A DNA stretch of 64,000 nt from a virus: positions 6,977 through 70,976 of the IMG/VR virus record IMGVR_UViG_3300040801_003053; one strand, written 5' to 3'. The notes beneath the pieces were generated by a model, which made no database searches, was not told the DNA's origin, and worked only from the letters and a program-made list of their open reading frames with translations. The translations under genes and the position numbers were made by a program. Shown here piece by piece: positions 51,819 through 60,134 of this stretch (the first letter of the stretch is position 1; the number at the start of each line of letters is the position of its first letter).

Positions 51819-52250
51819 ATGCATTACGAATGTAAATACTTTGATATCTACGAACTTGCCGCACCAAAAATCATAGCCGACATAGGCGAAGTCAATGCTT
51901 GGCGAAGGCTTAAAAGAGGGGCGCTTATGGATCTCGATACTATAAGAGAACACTTTGGAAGCGAGATATACATCAACGGAAATTACTGGGGAAAGATTTT
52001 TAATTCTTCCGGATGGAGACACCCCGACGATCCTGATGGTGCTAAATGGTCCGTACATAAGCTGGCAGACGCTTACGATCTCAAAGCCAAAAACGGAGAG
52101 CATCAAAAACTATGGGATACGGTTTATTACCTTATCCTTACAGGCAAGCTTGAACATTTTAACACGATGGAAGATCGGGCATATACCAAATCATGGACCC
52201 ATGTTGCCAACATGAATACCGATCTACGTCCTTTAATTATAAAACCATGA
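51819..52250 (+). CDS. Endolysin, peptidase M15-like
   Basis: SGWR, SVHKLADAYD (S-x-H-x6-D) and WTH zinc ligands. Confidence 0.75.
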   Translation: MHYECKYFDIYELAAPKIIADIGEVNAWRRLKRGALMDLDTIREHFGSEIYINGNYWGKIFNSSGWRHPDDPDGAKWSVHKLADAYDLKAKNGEHQKLWDTVYYLILTGKLEHFNTMEDRAYTKSWTHVANMNTDLRPLIIKP

Positions 52251-52615
52251 AACTACCAGAAGGATTTGCAAGTTGGGTTAACACGATTTTATTGATTGCC
52301 GGCTTGGCTGGCTTTGCCTATGAATGGGGTGGAGTAAAACAACTTCTCTTTGACAATTATGAGCAAAAGTATGAAGTGACCAAGCACGTCATTGTTGCGG
52401 ACACAATTTTAAATCATGTCGATAAAGCCATAGAGGCAAAGTCAAAGAATGAAATGCACGCAATGGAATCTCGTAGAATGAGAGATTCATTACTCAAGGC
52501 ACAAGCGGATGTAAGCCTCCGCAATGCTATCCAAATTGAGAAGCTTATTAAAAACCAGGACTCCGTCATGGTATGGTGGAGAAAGTATAATCAATCCGCA
52601 AATGATGGAAACTAA
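52247..52615 (+). CDS. Holin-like / lysis membrane protein
   Basis: ATG 52247 (ATGA overlap); single N-terminal TM followed by a coiled coil. Confidence 0.5.
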   Translation: MKLPEGFASWVNTILLIAGLAGFAYEWGGVKQLLFDNYEQKYEVTKHVIVADTILNHVDKAIEAKSKNEMHAMESRRMRDSLLKAQADVSLRNAIQIEKLIKNQDSVMVWWRKYNQSANDGN

Positions 52616-53183
52616 ACTCAAAACAAAGAAAAAACAAACCATTGCCCTAGTTCTCTACGGCATCATTGTTACCGCGATCCTTATCTTTTTCATCGCTCAG
52701 GGGCCTGAAATCGTCAAAGTGGACACAACCCATTGGGAAAAAGAGATCGACTCTCTCAATCGGGTTATTAAGCTCAAGCAGGTAGAGTTTGACCAACTGG
52801 AAGATGACAAGCAGATAATCATTGAAATGCAGGAGACGCATGAGAAAAAAAGTGATAGCCTACTTGCTGTTATCCGATCCTTGCCGGCCAATACCCCTTG
52901 CGAACATGAATTAAAACTTGTCAAGCTGGAACGCAACCAGATTGCAAGTGCTTATGCAAAATGCAAGGAATCGCAATCCGTTACCAGAGTCCAGATAAAA
53001 GCCTGTACAGAGATTATAAACTCTCAAAACGTTAAGCATATCAGTTCAGCTGAAATGAACGCTGCGCTTGTCAGAAGTGCTGAGCGAAGAGCAGAAGAAG
53101 CAGGGAAGAAAGGATTTCTTAAAGGCCTAGGAATTGGATCCGGTGGAACAGCAGTCATTGTACTTATTCTACTGTTGCTATAA
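52602..53183 (+). CDS. Spanin-like protein
   Basis: N-terminal TM, long coiled coil, C-terminal TM; last gene of the lysis cassette. Confidence 0.5.
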   Translation: MMETKLKTKKKQTIALVLYGIIVTAILIFFIAQGPEIVKVDTTHWEKEIDSLNRVIKLKQVEFDQLEDDKQIIIEMQETHEKKSDSLLAVIRSLPANTPCEHELKLVKLERNQIASAYAKCKESQSVTRVQIKACTEIINSQNVKHISSAEMNAALVRSAERRAEEAGKKGFLKGLGIGSGGTAVIVLILLLL

Positions 53184-53213
53184 AAAAAGCCCCCTGTGTG
53201 GGCAGGGAGCTTT
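53182..53213 (-). terminator. Intrinsic terminator of the - strand arm
   Basis: Minus strand reads AGCTCCCTG-CCCACA-CAGGGGGCT then T-tract; the stem is perfect only on this strand (U-G pair). Confidence 0.8.
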
Positions 53214-53258
53214 CATCGCTTAAAAACTAATTTATGATAACAAAATTACTCTTATGAG
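53182..53258 (-). ncRNA. Candidate ~77-nt small RNA antisense to translation-initiation regions
   Basis: Bounded by a TATATTTG promoter element (53263-53270) and the terminator; contains CATAAATTAGTTTTTAAG, complementary to the Ubl start region. Confidence 0.5.
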
Positions 53259-53262
53259 AACT

Positions 53263-53276
53263 CAAATATAATCAAA
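53263..53276 (-). promoter_or_regulatory. Bacteroidota -7 promoter element (TTTGATTATATTTG)
   Basis: TAnnTTTG; an identical 14-mer occurs at 60096-60109. Confidence 0.55.
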
Positions 53277-53616
53277 ACATTGGACCGCTTAATCCTTCAA
53301 GCGGATTTTTTTTAACATCCTCCTTTGTTTTTTCTACCAAAACCTTCTTTTTTTCAGGTCGCTTAATGAGTCCCGTTTCATAGATTCTTTTGTAAAATAA
53401 CCTGTACGCTATAAGGTGCGCATGACCCAATTGGTTTTTGGTGATTTCTTCTCCAAAATTGACATACTCTTTTTCTCCTTTATAAGTTCCAAACAATCTT
53501 AAGCCCTTGTCCTTATCCAGCTCAGCCTGGACAACCAATTGCAATTCATTCAGGCAATAGCTGAATAAGGCAAGATCTTTTTTTGAAAACTTATAATTAA
53601 ACTTTAGTTGGCTCAT
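53272..53616 (-). CDS. Hypothetical protein (114 aa)
   Basis: ATG 53616 (MSQLKF) preferred to the track start. Confidence 0.55.
   Translation of the reverse strand: MSQLKFNYKFSKKDLALFSYCLNELQLVVQAELDKDKGLRLFGTYKGEKEYVNFGEEITKNQLGHAHLIAYRLFYKRIYETGLIKRPEKKKVLVEKTKEDVKKNPLEGLSGPMF
53285..53313 (+). terminator. Intrinsic terminator of the + strand lysis transcript
   Basis: CCGCTT-AATCCTTC-AAGCGG followed by A and T8. Confidence 0.65.
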
Positions 53617-54061
53617 CAAGTGCAAAAAGCATATTGTTGATTGATCTATCTGTTTCCAGTTTAAATTTCCGGAAAACAAGATCTGTTTCACATAAATTCT
53701 CAACCGTTTTACAATTATGAATAACAGCTGCATGGTCATAATTATAGTAACAGCCAATGGTTTCCAGGCTCATACCTGATGTATATTTCTTTGCATAGAA
53801 ATAAAATAAGGCTCTGGCCCATACATGCTCTCTTACTCTGCTTTTCATAGACAAAGTATCCCGATCCAAATTGGTTACTTTCTCCATAGCGTAATGAATA
53901 TTGTCAAGCTTTAACTCAGCGCGGGTAAGCCGACGCAAATCCTTGATCATCTTTCGTTGTTTTTTCCAGAGCATATACTCTTCTTTGTTGATTTTAACTT
54001 CAAGAAATAAAAGATGCTCTTTTTCTGTTTTATCCGATAAGTCAATATTTGTAATTATCAT
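53597..54061 (-). CDS. Protein with DnaA C-terminal (domain IV) helix-turn-helix
   Basis: SRVREHVWARALF...SLETIG...DHAAVIH...D-x2-F matches the Bac_DnaA_C pattern. Confidence 0.75.
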   Translation of the reverse strand: MIITNIDLSDKTEKEHLLFLEVKINKEEYMLWKKQRKMIKDLRRLTRAELKLDNIHYAMEKVTNLDRDTLSMKSRVREHVWARALFYFYAKKYTSGMSLETIGCYYNYDHAAVIHNCKTVENLCETDLVFRKFKLETDRSINNMLFALDEPTKV

Positions 54062-54714
54062 TCTGTTTGTTTTAAGTGATTGATTTTCTCTTTTTGCTGT
54101 TGCACAAACTGGTCCAACGATCTTGTTTCAAAATTGATTTTCCTTAACTGTCGGCCTCCATCGGTAAAGTAATATCTCTGAGGAACAAAAGTGGTAATGA
54201 ACTTTGAACTCTTTGCACCGCCGCCGGCCGCCGGCACAGGAATAAACTTTTCAATGTAAATCCCTTGATTCTGCCACAACAATCTTTGCTTGTAAACAAA
54301 GGTGTAAGCTGACGATACTTTGCCCCCACGTTGCCTTACATTTGATCCTGGCTTTGTATCCATCCGGGTAATGATCTCTCCTTGATCATTCCTTTGTGCA
54401 TAGAAATGAGGAACGCCATAAGGCAAAGGCTTTGGATCATGAGCAGAGATTTCGTCAAAAAATATGTGTCTGGCTTTCTCTTCCCAATAGATAATAAAAT
54501 CATAGGTATAATTTAGCTCAGGAAACAAATTGAAGTCCTCTGGCACATTATCCAAACGTTTGTAATGTTTCATACGTTCATAAGGAATTGCGTCTGCGAC
54601 AACGAGTGTTTCAGGTTCTCGTATAAAACTTCTGATCCACCCTTTGTTTTGAAGCTCCGTCCAATACCATCGCGTGTACATTTCAAATGTATTCTCTGTG
54701 GTGCTTTTTGCCAT
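54058..54714 (-). CDS. PD-(D/E)xK nuclease (DUF1064-like, possible resolvase)
   Basis: YTYDF...MDTKP...F-x2-KQRLLW-x3-GIY; ATG 54714. Confidence 0.55.
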   Translation of the reverse strand: MAKSTTENTFEMYTRWYWTELQNKGWIRSFIREPETLVVADAIPYERMKHYKRLDNVPEDFNLFPELNYTYDFIIYWEEKARHIFFDEISAHDPKPLPYGVPHFYAQRNDQGEIITRMDTKPGSNVRQRGGKVSSAYTFVYKQRLLWQNQGIYIEKFIPVPAAGGGAKSSKFITTFVPQRYYFTDGGRQLRKINFETRSLDQFVQQQKEKINHLKQTE

Positions 54715-54728
54715 ATTTAAAAAAATAT

Positions 54729-54784
54729 GCCCCGCTTTGTTGCCAAACAAATCATGTTAATAATAATTACCATGAACGCGGGGC
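54729..54784 (-). promoter_or_regulatory. Three-way-junction structure with U-tract in the nuclease leader
   Basis: 7-bp, 9/10-bp and 6-bp stems; see finding. Confidence 0.55.
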
Positions 54785-54792
54785 TGATTAAA

Positions 54793-55584
54793 CTATTTGT
54801 ATTTTAAATCTGATGAGGGCTTGAACAGGTTTGGATCACCTTCAACATCGGAAACCTCGTCAATAGCCTCTACCGTATAACTCGGTCGAGTACGGGAAAT
54901 ATCCCCTTTGACATAAGCCTCCATCTGTAATGACTTGAACAATTCCTGGCTGGCATCATAATCACTTGCCAACAGGCCAAAGATCATTTTGTTTTTACCG
55001 AAAGTGAATCGTTGCATTTTATCATTTCCAAAATGTTCAACAAGCAAAACATCGTTTTTGACCGTTGTTCCGAAAATTGCCTGAATGATTTTAATCATAT
55101 TCCATGGCAAAGTTGACGTTTTTACAGCAAGCTCTTCTTTGGCAACATACTCTTTCAGGTAATTTTCGTAATGCTCCATAGCATCCCTTTCCTGGTTATC
55201 ATGGTTCCAGAAAGGGGCCACGTAAAACAGATCCTTTTTGATGCCTCGAGAATTAATCTCAATGTAGGATTTACCTTGAACATGATCGATGACTTCCATA
55301 TCGGTTGCCTTGACAAGCTCCTCCCAAAATTTAGGAGTGACAAAGCGCCCATCCAAATATTCAAGAACATCCAAACGCTTATGAAGATAATAATCCATTT
55401 CTTCCTCTTCATCATTGTTGCGTTGTATTTCAAACAACATTTTCAAATTGACTCCGACAATACTTTGAAGATCGGTTACGAAAGCATGATAATTGCTGAC
55501 ATAAATGTAGTCGCTAAAGAATATGGTGTCGACACCCAGCTTGGTTGTGCCTTTCTGCATATTCGGGAATTTAATTACACTCAT
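54793..55584 (-). CDS. Hypothetical protein (263 aa)
   Basis: Long ORF in the coupled operon. Confidence 0.6.
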   Translation of the reverse strand: MSVIKFPNMQKGTTKLGVDTIFFSDYIYVSNYHAFVTDLQSIVGVNLKMLFEIQRNNDEEEEMDYYLHKRLDVLEYLDGRFVTPKFWEELVKATDMEVIDHVQGKSYIEINSRGIKKDLFYVAPFWNHDNQERDAMEHYENYLKEYVAKEELAVKTSTLPWNMIKIIQAIFGTTVKNDVLLVEHFGNDKMQRFTFGKNKMIFGLLASDYDASQELFKSLQMEAYVKGDISRTRPSYTVEAIDEVSDVEGDPNLFKPSSDLKYK

Positions 55585-55850
55585 TTTTTAAGATTTAAAG
55601 ATTGAACAATTTCTCGCAAGAAGTCTTCCCAACGGGCAAATTCTTTGGCGTACCCATTAAGATCGACTGTTTTATTGCTACTACGTTTTAAGGTAGAGAT
55701 CCTCCAAAGGGCATTTTCAACTTTTGAGAAGTACCCTTCATTGGTGAAAGTTTCTTCTCCTTTTTTACTCTTGCCTCTGCGTTGTACCGTAAAATTGCGT
55801 TCGTCAATATAGATACGGTACGGTTCTAATAATTTGTCTTCGATAATCAT
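55581..55850 (-). CDS. Small phage protein (DUF5405-like)
   Basis: ATG 55850 by ATGA overlap; YRIYIDERNFTV...GYFSKVENAL pattern. Confidence 0.45.
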   Translation of the reverse strand: MIIEDKLLEPYRIYIDERNFTVQRRGKSKKGEETFTNEGYFSKVENALWRISTLKRSSNKTVDLNGYAKEFARWEDFLREIVQSLNLKK

Positions 55851-56908
55851 TTTACTACAATATGTTTTGAAAGGTTTGTTACTACTTGATTCATCCACTT
55901 GCCAAGACCGGCATATGCGGCCACAAGTTTAGGATCATTAAAAGTGTACTTCTCGGTGATTTCAATAAGCCCTTGAATCAGACCTTCAAGCTGTACCTGA
56001 TCGTTGTCTGGCTTTGCTTGTTTACGCTTTTCCAGAATGGTACTCATCACATCAGGCTTTTGTTGAAGCTCGGGAGTGTTTTTGACTATTTCCTCGCGAT
56101 TCTTTTGAATACGCTCTTGAAACGTCAACTCTTTCTCTTCAATCTCTTTTTGATTTTGAGCAATGCGCTCTTCGAGTTTCTTCTGTTTTTCTTCTTCTAA
56201 GGCTCTTTCAGTGGCTCTGTTGGCTTTTGCCAATTCTGTCAGCTTCTCGAGCCTTTGAGCAAACAAGTCATCGCTAAGCTCATGTATCATACTTTCACGA
56301 TCATACCCCAGTTCTTTGATCTCTTTCTCGTATGCCGACAATGTGAGATCGCGAACATCAGCGCGCTTGCGAAGCCTTTCAGCTTCTTTTTCTTTGTTAG
56401 CTCTTGCCTCAGCTGCCAACTGCATATCCTCCAAAAAGCCTTTCCAGTCCACTGGAGAGTATTTTGTGTAATCGGAATGTGTTGACCCTGGACGGAGATA
56501 AGGATTGATCTCAGACTCTCTAAAAGATTGAAGTTTTGCAAGACGCTCCTCTTCAATCTTTTTAGCATGATCTTCAATCTTTTTCAGCTTTCCTTCAACT
56601 TCCTGGCTTACGTCACGTTGAGCCTTACGGAAAGCGTCAATGTACTTTTTCTTCTCAAAGTATGGAGCTGCCAATTTTTTATGCAACTTATCCGTTGCTG
56701 TACGGATCTCCACAAACTTCAATCGTAAAGCTTTTGCTTCCTTGCTGGCTTCAGGATTTTCAGGGTCAAGGGTTAATACTTGCTCAAATTTTGGCTTGAG
56801 TTCTTTCATCAATTTTACAGATTCTCCAAACTCAGATTGAATTTCATGAGCAAATTCTTCTGTTACTGCGTAATCTTTGATAGGGACGATTAATGCTTCT
56901 GTTTTCAT
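55847..56908 (-). CDS. Coiled-coil recombination-module protein (DUF1351-like)
   Basis: AKALRLKFVEIR...IDAF...E-x2-LK-x-IE pattern; located next to the exonuclease. Confidence 0.45.
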   Translation of the reverse strand: MKTEALIVPIKDYAVTEEFAHEIQSEFGESVKLMKELKPKFEQVLTLDPENPEASKEAKALRLKFVEIRTATDKLHKKLAAPYFEKKKYIDAFRKAQRDVSQEVEGKLKKIEDHAKKIEEERLAKLQSFRESEINPYLRPGSTHSDYTKYSPVDWKGFLEDMQLAAEARANKEKEAERLRKRADVRDLTLSAYEKEIKELGYDRESMIHELSDDLFAQRLEKLTELAKANRATERALEEEKQKKLEERIAQNQKEIEEKELTFQERIQKNREEIVKNTPELQQKPDVMSTILEKRKQAKPDNDQVQLEGLIQGLIEITEKYTFNDPKLVAAYAGLGKWMNQVVTNLSKHIVVK

Positions 56909-56910
56909 TA

Positions 56911-57747
56911 TCAAATGTTTTTAAGGGTGTTTATTAAAGTGAATGCTTCTGCGTATTTTTCTTTGAACCAATCTCCGCGAGGAATAAGCAATCGAACTAA
57001 CGAATACATTTCATTGAATGTATCCAGTCCTACACGAGGACCAAGCTTGTCAATGTAAATCTCGAGAGCTTTTTCAAGATGAAGATGTACAGGCAAAGTA
57101 TCAAAATCTTTTTCATAAGCTTTGATTCCATAACGAAAAAGTCCAGGTATTCCGTCTGTAGGATCTCCAATCATGACTTGCTTGATGAGATTCCTCATAC
57201 CTTGCTCTTGCGTAATTAAGGAAAAAGACTCACTTGGAAAATCCCAATGCGTACCTGGTATCTGCTTTAAGTCTTTATCCTTAGAATAAATGAATGTTGA
57301 TTCATCTTGCAACATGGCGCATATATCATCTGCTTCCAATTCCGGAAACAGAAGATTATGCAGGCCTATACCTTCTTGAGCAAAGATGTATTCCACAACA
57401 CTTATCATATCCTTGAACATATCTGCGTATTCAGGTTCTTTATACTTTCGTTTGAACTTGTAACCTTTCTCTTGACAGATATAATTTCTGAATGTCTTAT
57501 GACGGCCTCCTGACCAGCAAAAGATTTTTGCTTTACAATCTACGCCGACAAGTATTTCGTCCAACATAGCTTGTGTTTCAGTCTGTATAGCTTCAATAGG
57601 TGTTGGGGAAGCATAAGTCGGTCGTGCATAATTTTGATGTATGCGATAAACAACAACGTTTTTAATGAAGTCTGCGTCAATAAGGGCGATTTTATTTGTG
57701 CTCTGCACGCCCTGTTGTTTTGGTTGAAATCTGAAATCGTTACTCAT
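56911..57747 (-). CDS. 5'-3' exonuclease (T7 gp6/T5-type FEN fold)
   Basis: LIDAD, GYKFKR, ELEADD, SKDKDLKQIPG, GDPTDGIPG. Confidence 0.85.
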   Translation of the reverse strand: MSNDFRFQPKQQGVQSTNKIALIDADFIKNVVVYRIHQNYARPTYASPTPIEAIQTETQAMLDEILVGVDCKAKIFCWSGGRHKTFRNYICQEKGYKFKRKYKEPEYADMFKDMISVVEYIFAQEGIGLHNLLFPELEADDICAMLQDESTFIYSKDKDLKQIPGTHWDFPSESFSLITQEQGMRNLIKQVMIGDPTDGIPGLFRYGIKAYEKDFDTLPVHLHLEKALEIYIDKLGPRVGLDTFNEMYSLVRLLIPRGDWFKEKYAEAFTLINTLKNI

Positions 57748-57943
57748 TTTGTTTCCATGCTGTGATCATCATTTTGATCGTTAATATTATGCCGATAGGA
57801 CCCAATGCCATATCGACGGCTAATACCCACCAGGGCATTTCTGGAGTTTTTACTGTTTCTTTAACTCCATAGATTTGCGTTGCATATTTGTGGTAAAGGT
57901 GAACCGCTATTCCACAAGCGATCCATAAGATGAAGTATATCAT
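57740..57943 (-). CDS. Small membrane protein
   Basis: Two hydrophobic stretches. Confidence 0.55.
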   Translation of the reverse strand: MIYFILWIACGIAVHLYHKYATQIYGVKETVKTPEMPWWVLAVDMALGPIGIILTIKMMITAWKQNE

Positions 57944-58128
57944 ATATCGTTATTAAAAGTTTTGATCTCATTACTGTCCTCTTTGTCCTTTTCTTCGGTT
58001 GCAAAAAACAAAGCCAAAAAGGCTAATGCTGTGATCGTTTGCAAGGTCTTTATTTCAATTCTATTACGACTCCAGATCCTTGCTATCTGGGAGAGCGCAA
58101 TCACTACTTTGACATTTCTAAGCAACAT
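57940..58128 (-). CDS. Small hypothetical membrane protein
   Basis: One hydrophobic stretch; overlaps its neighbours. Confidence 0.45.
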   Translation of the reverse strand: MLLRNVKVVIALSQIARIWSRNRIEIKTLQTITALAFLALFFATEEKDKEDSNEIKTFNNDI

Positions 58129-58531
58129 TTAATATTGTTTTGCCTTGTTCATTCTTTGTAAGATTAAGTTGCAAATCAAAGTCATCATTAAAACGCATGA
58201 TTGACTGATCAATGAAGTCGCTGAATTCCTTGGTGGAATATTCAGCAAAATCCTTGAACACATAACCTTGATCTGTTACTTTGAGTAAGCGAATATCGGT
58301 CAGATGACTAAGCACCTCTCTGACGCTGCTTCCTGTCGTGTCAGCCACTTTCTCCAATATCATGTAGAAAAGCTTGACTTGACCTTCAGAAGCGTCCCTG
58401 GTGGCTTGTTTGATCTCTATCTGAAATCGCTTATGAGTATTTTCGCACTTCTGCACGAACATCCTATAACTATCTTTATAGGCTGATGAGGGAACGAACT
58501 CCCCTGCAATGAATTTACCTTCAAATAACAT
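58118..58531 (-). CDS. NinB-like recombination protein
   Basis: Q-x-KLFY...TG-x-SVREV...YSTKEFSDFID pattern. Confidence 0.6.
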   Translation of the reverse strand: MLFEGKFIAGEFVPSSAYKDSYRMFVQKCENTHKRFQIEIKQATRDASEGQVKLFYMILEKVADTTGSSVREVLSHLTDIRLLKVTDQGYVFKDFAEYSTKEFSDFIDQSIMRFNDDFDLQLNLTKNEQGKTILNVA

Positions 58532-58533
58532 AT

Positions 58534-58562
58534 AAAAAAAGGGGCCTCGTTAAAGACCCCTT
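58534..58562 (-). terminator. Intrinsic terminator after the SSB-like gene
   Basis: GGGGTCTT-TAAC-GAGGCCCC then T7 on the minus strand. Confidence 0.75.
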
Positions 58563-58572
58563 GAATTAAATT

Positions 58573-59364
58573 CTACATGAATGATCCGGGGCTTGGAATA
58601 TTGCCTGCCCCCTCTGTCAGGTCATTGCCTCCTCCCAATGGATTCGTAGGCGCTTCCTCTTTGGGTGCCTGCGGAGCCTCTTCAGTTTCCTCTGGCTTCA
58701 AGTAAGGTTTTCCTCCAGCTTCAAGAAACGCTCTACCCTCTTTGGAATCGAGAATTTGCTCTCTAAGTCCTTTTCGATCAGGATTCGGTGATGGTTTAAA
58801 TTCACCGAATAAAGGGCTTTTAAAGCACTCTCCTGCATCGTCAATAGCAAAACCGTACACGTCGTTCTTTGGAACTGCCTGATCCCATGGAACACCTTTG
58901 TACATGGCATTGTTTTGAAGTTCGGGAGTAACCATGATTGCACTGTTGACATTTTCCCAAACTCCGTTACCATCAGATTTCTGAGTATGGCCTACCTGAA
59001 CAATAAACTTCTTGCCTAGGAATTGTCCAATGTCAAAAGTTGAATACTCACTTTTGTTGAGTTTCCTTCCAATAGCTCCGGTGATGAATTTGTGCAACAA
59101 ACTGTTATCGCTGATAATGTTGTTGTACTTAGCCCATAACCATGCTGGCTTTTCTTCTTCACCGTCGTTATACTGGTGCAATTCAAATGGCAATTCAAAA
59201 ACAAATTTGAGTTGAGGTTTCCAACCTTCTCCATAAGCGTTTTTGACATATTGGCTTCCCATATCAATGATACGGACGAGGATGGCTACATGAGGCCCTG
59301 CTGAAATTACGGGTCGACTTACTGAGGTTCCTCCTCTGGCTTTCATACTAAATGATTGTGACAT
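58573..59364 (-). CDS. Single-stranded DNA-binding protein-like (phage OB fold)
   Basis: AGPH-x-A...IIDMG-x-Q...FELP...FDI-x2-FLGK pattern; acidic/Pro-rich tail; own terminator. Confidence 0.55.
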   Translation of the reverse strand: MSQSFSMKARGGTSVSRPVISAGPHVAILVRIIDMGSQYVKNAYGEGWKPQLKFVFELPFELHQYNDGEEEKPAWLWAKYNNIISDNSLLHKFITGAIGRKLNKSEYSTFDIGQFLGKKFIVQVGHTQKSDGNGVWENVNSAIMVTPELQNNAMYKGVPWDQAVPKNDVYGFAIDDAGECFKSPLFGEFKPSPNPDRKGLREQILDSKEGRAFLEAGGKPYLKPEETEEAPQAPKEEAPTNPLGGGNDLTEGAGNIPSPGSFM

Positions 59365-59375
59365 AATGTTTGTGT

Positions 59376-59795
59376 TTAATTTGTGAATAATTTAAAAAAC
59401 TTGTGAAAATACTTTTTTGATTTACTGTGATAGTTCTGTCCAAAACGAATGTCTATATCGAACATGTTGTAAATCTTAACGCGTTTTACTTTTTGTTTGG
59501 GTATTAATGAATTCTGCTTGTTTATCTCATAGGCTACATGTGTAAAATAATCGGTTAATATATCGGTAACTACTTCTTCGCTAAAGCCAACCGATTCAGA
59601 GACTTCCTGAATGTGTATTTTAAATCGTGGATGATTAAATACATTTTCATTCAGAAAATCTCTAGCCTCGGAAGGGGAACAAAAATCTAATTTTGAGTTG
59701 TCTCGTACAATACTCTCATAGGGTGAGAGCTTTAAATGATCGAAAAAGGGATTAAATTCTTTTTCGTATTTATTCTTTTTGACTTGATCCATCAT
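59376..59795 (-). CDS. Protein with C-terminal HU/IHF-like fold
   Basis: IQEVSESVGFSEEVVTDILTDYF...RVKIYNMFDI; ATG 59795. Confidence 0.45.
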   Translation of the reverse strand: MMDQVKKNKYEKEFNPFFDHLKLSPYESIVRDNSKLDFCSPSEARDFLNENVFNHPRFKIHIQEVSESVGFSEEVVTDILTDYFTHVAYEINKQNSLIPKQKVKRVKIYNMFDIDIRFGQNYHSKSKKYFHKFFKLFTN

Positions 59796-60078
59796 AAACA
59801 GTTTTTTCTCGAAGCTTACTGGCGAGATTCTGGCTCGGCTTAAAGTAAAGGCGGTAAGATGCCTCTTGCACTTCTTTTTGTCTTGTCGCGATGTTAAACC
59901 TTTCTTGTTTTTTGCTGATACGCAATTCAAACTTCCCCACATTGTTTATAGCAATCTCCTGCCCGAAAAGAATCTTGTCACGCATGGTTTGCTCTACGTG
60001 CATGAGAACTTTTCGGACATTTGATTTTGCTATGCCTGTCTTACTGGATATGTCTTTATCTAAATCTTTAAAATTCAT
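59770..60078 (-). CDS. HU/IHF family DNA-binding protein
   Basis: MNFKDL...I-x-I-x2-VGKF...RFN-x2-T...F-x-PS-x2-L. Confidence 0.85.
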   Translation of the reverse strand: MNFKDLDKDISSKTGIAKSNVRKVLMHVEQTMRDKILFGQEIAINNVGKFELRISKKQERFNIATRQKEVQEASYRLYFKPSQNLASKLREKTVYDGSSQKE

Positions 60079-60095
60079 ACTGGTTATTTTTTAAA

Positions 60096-60127
60096 CAAAT
60101 ATAATCAAATAATCCGTTCACAGCGAA
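60096..60127 (-). promoter_or_regulatory. Bacteroidota-type promoter for the HU operon
   Basis: TTCG-N20-TATATTTG on the minus strand, about 17 nt before ATG 60078. Confidence 0.65.
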
Positions 60128-60134
60128 GAAAATG

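Noticed and set aside
505-53000. Numerous opposite-strand and alternate-frame ORFs in the track (e.g. 969-1487, 3240-3989, 6813-7463, 35333-35962)
   Set aside because: They are shadows of long coding genes and have no motifs or leaders.
52602-53183. Embedded o-spanin lipoprotein gene in the spanin-like ORF
   Set aside because: No alternate-frame ORF with a lipobox was found by eye.
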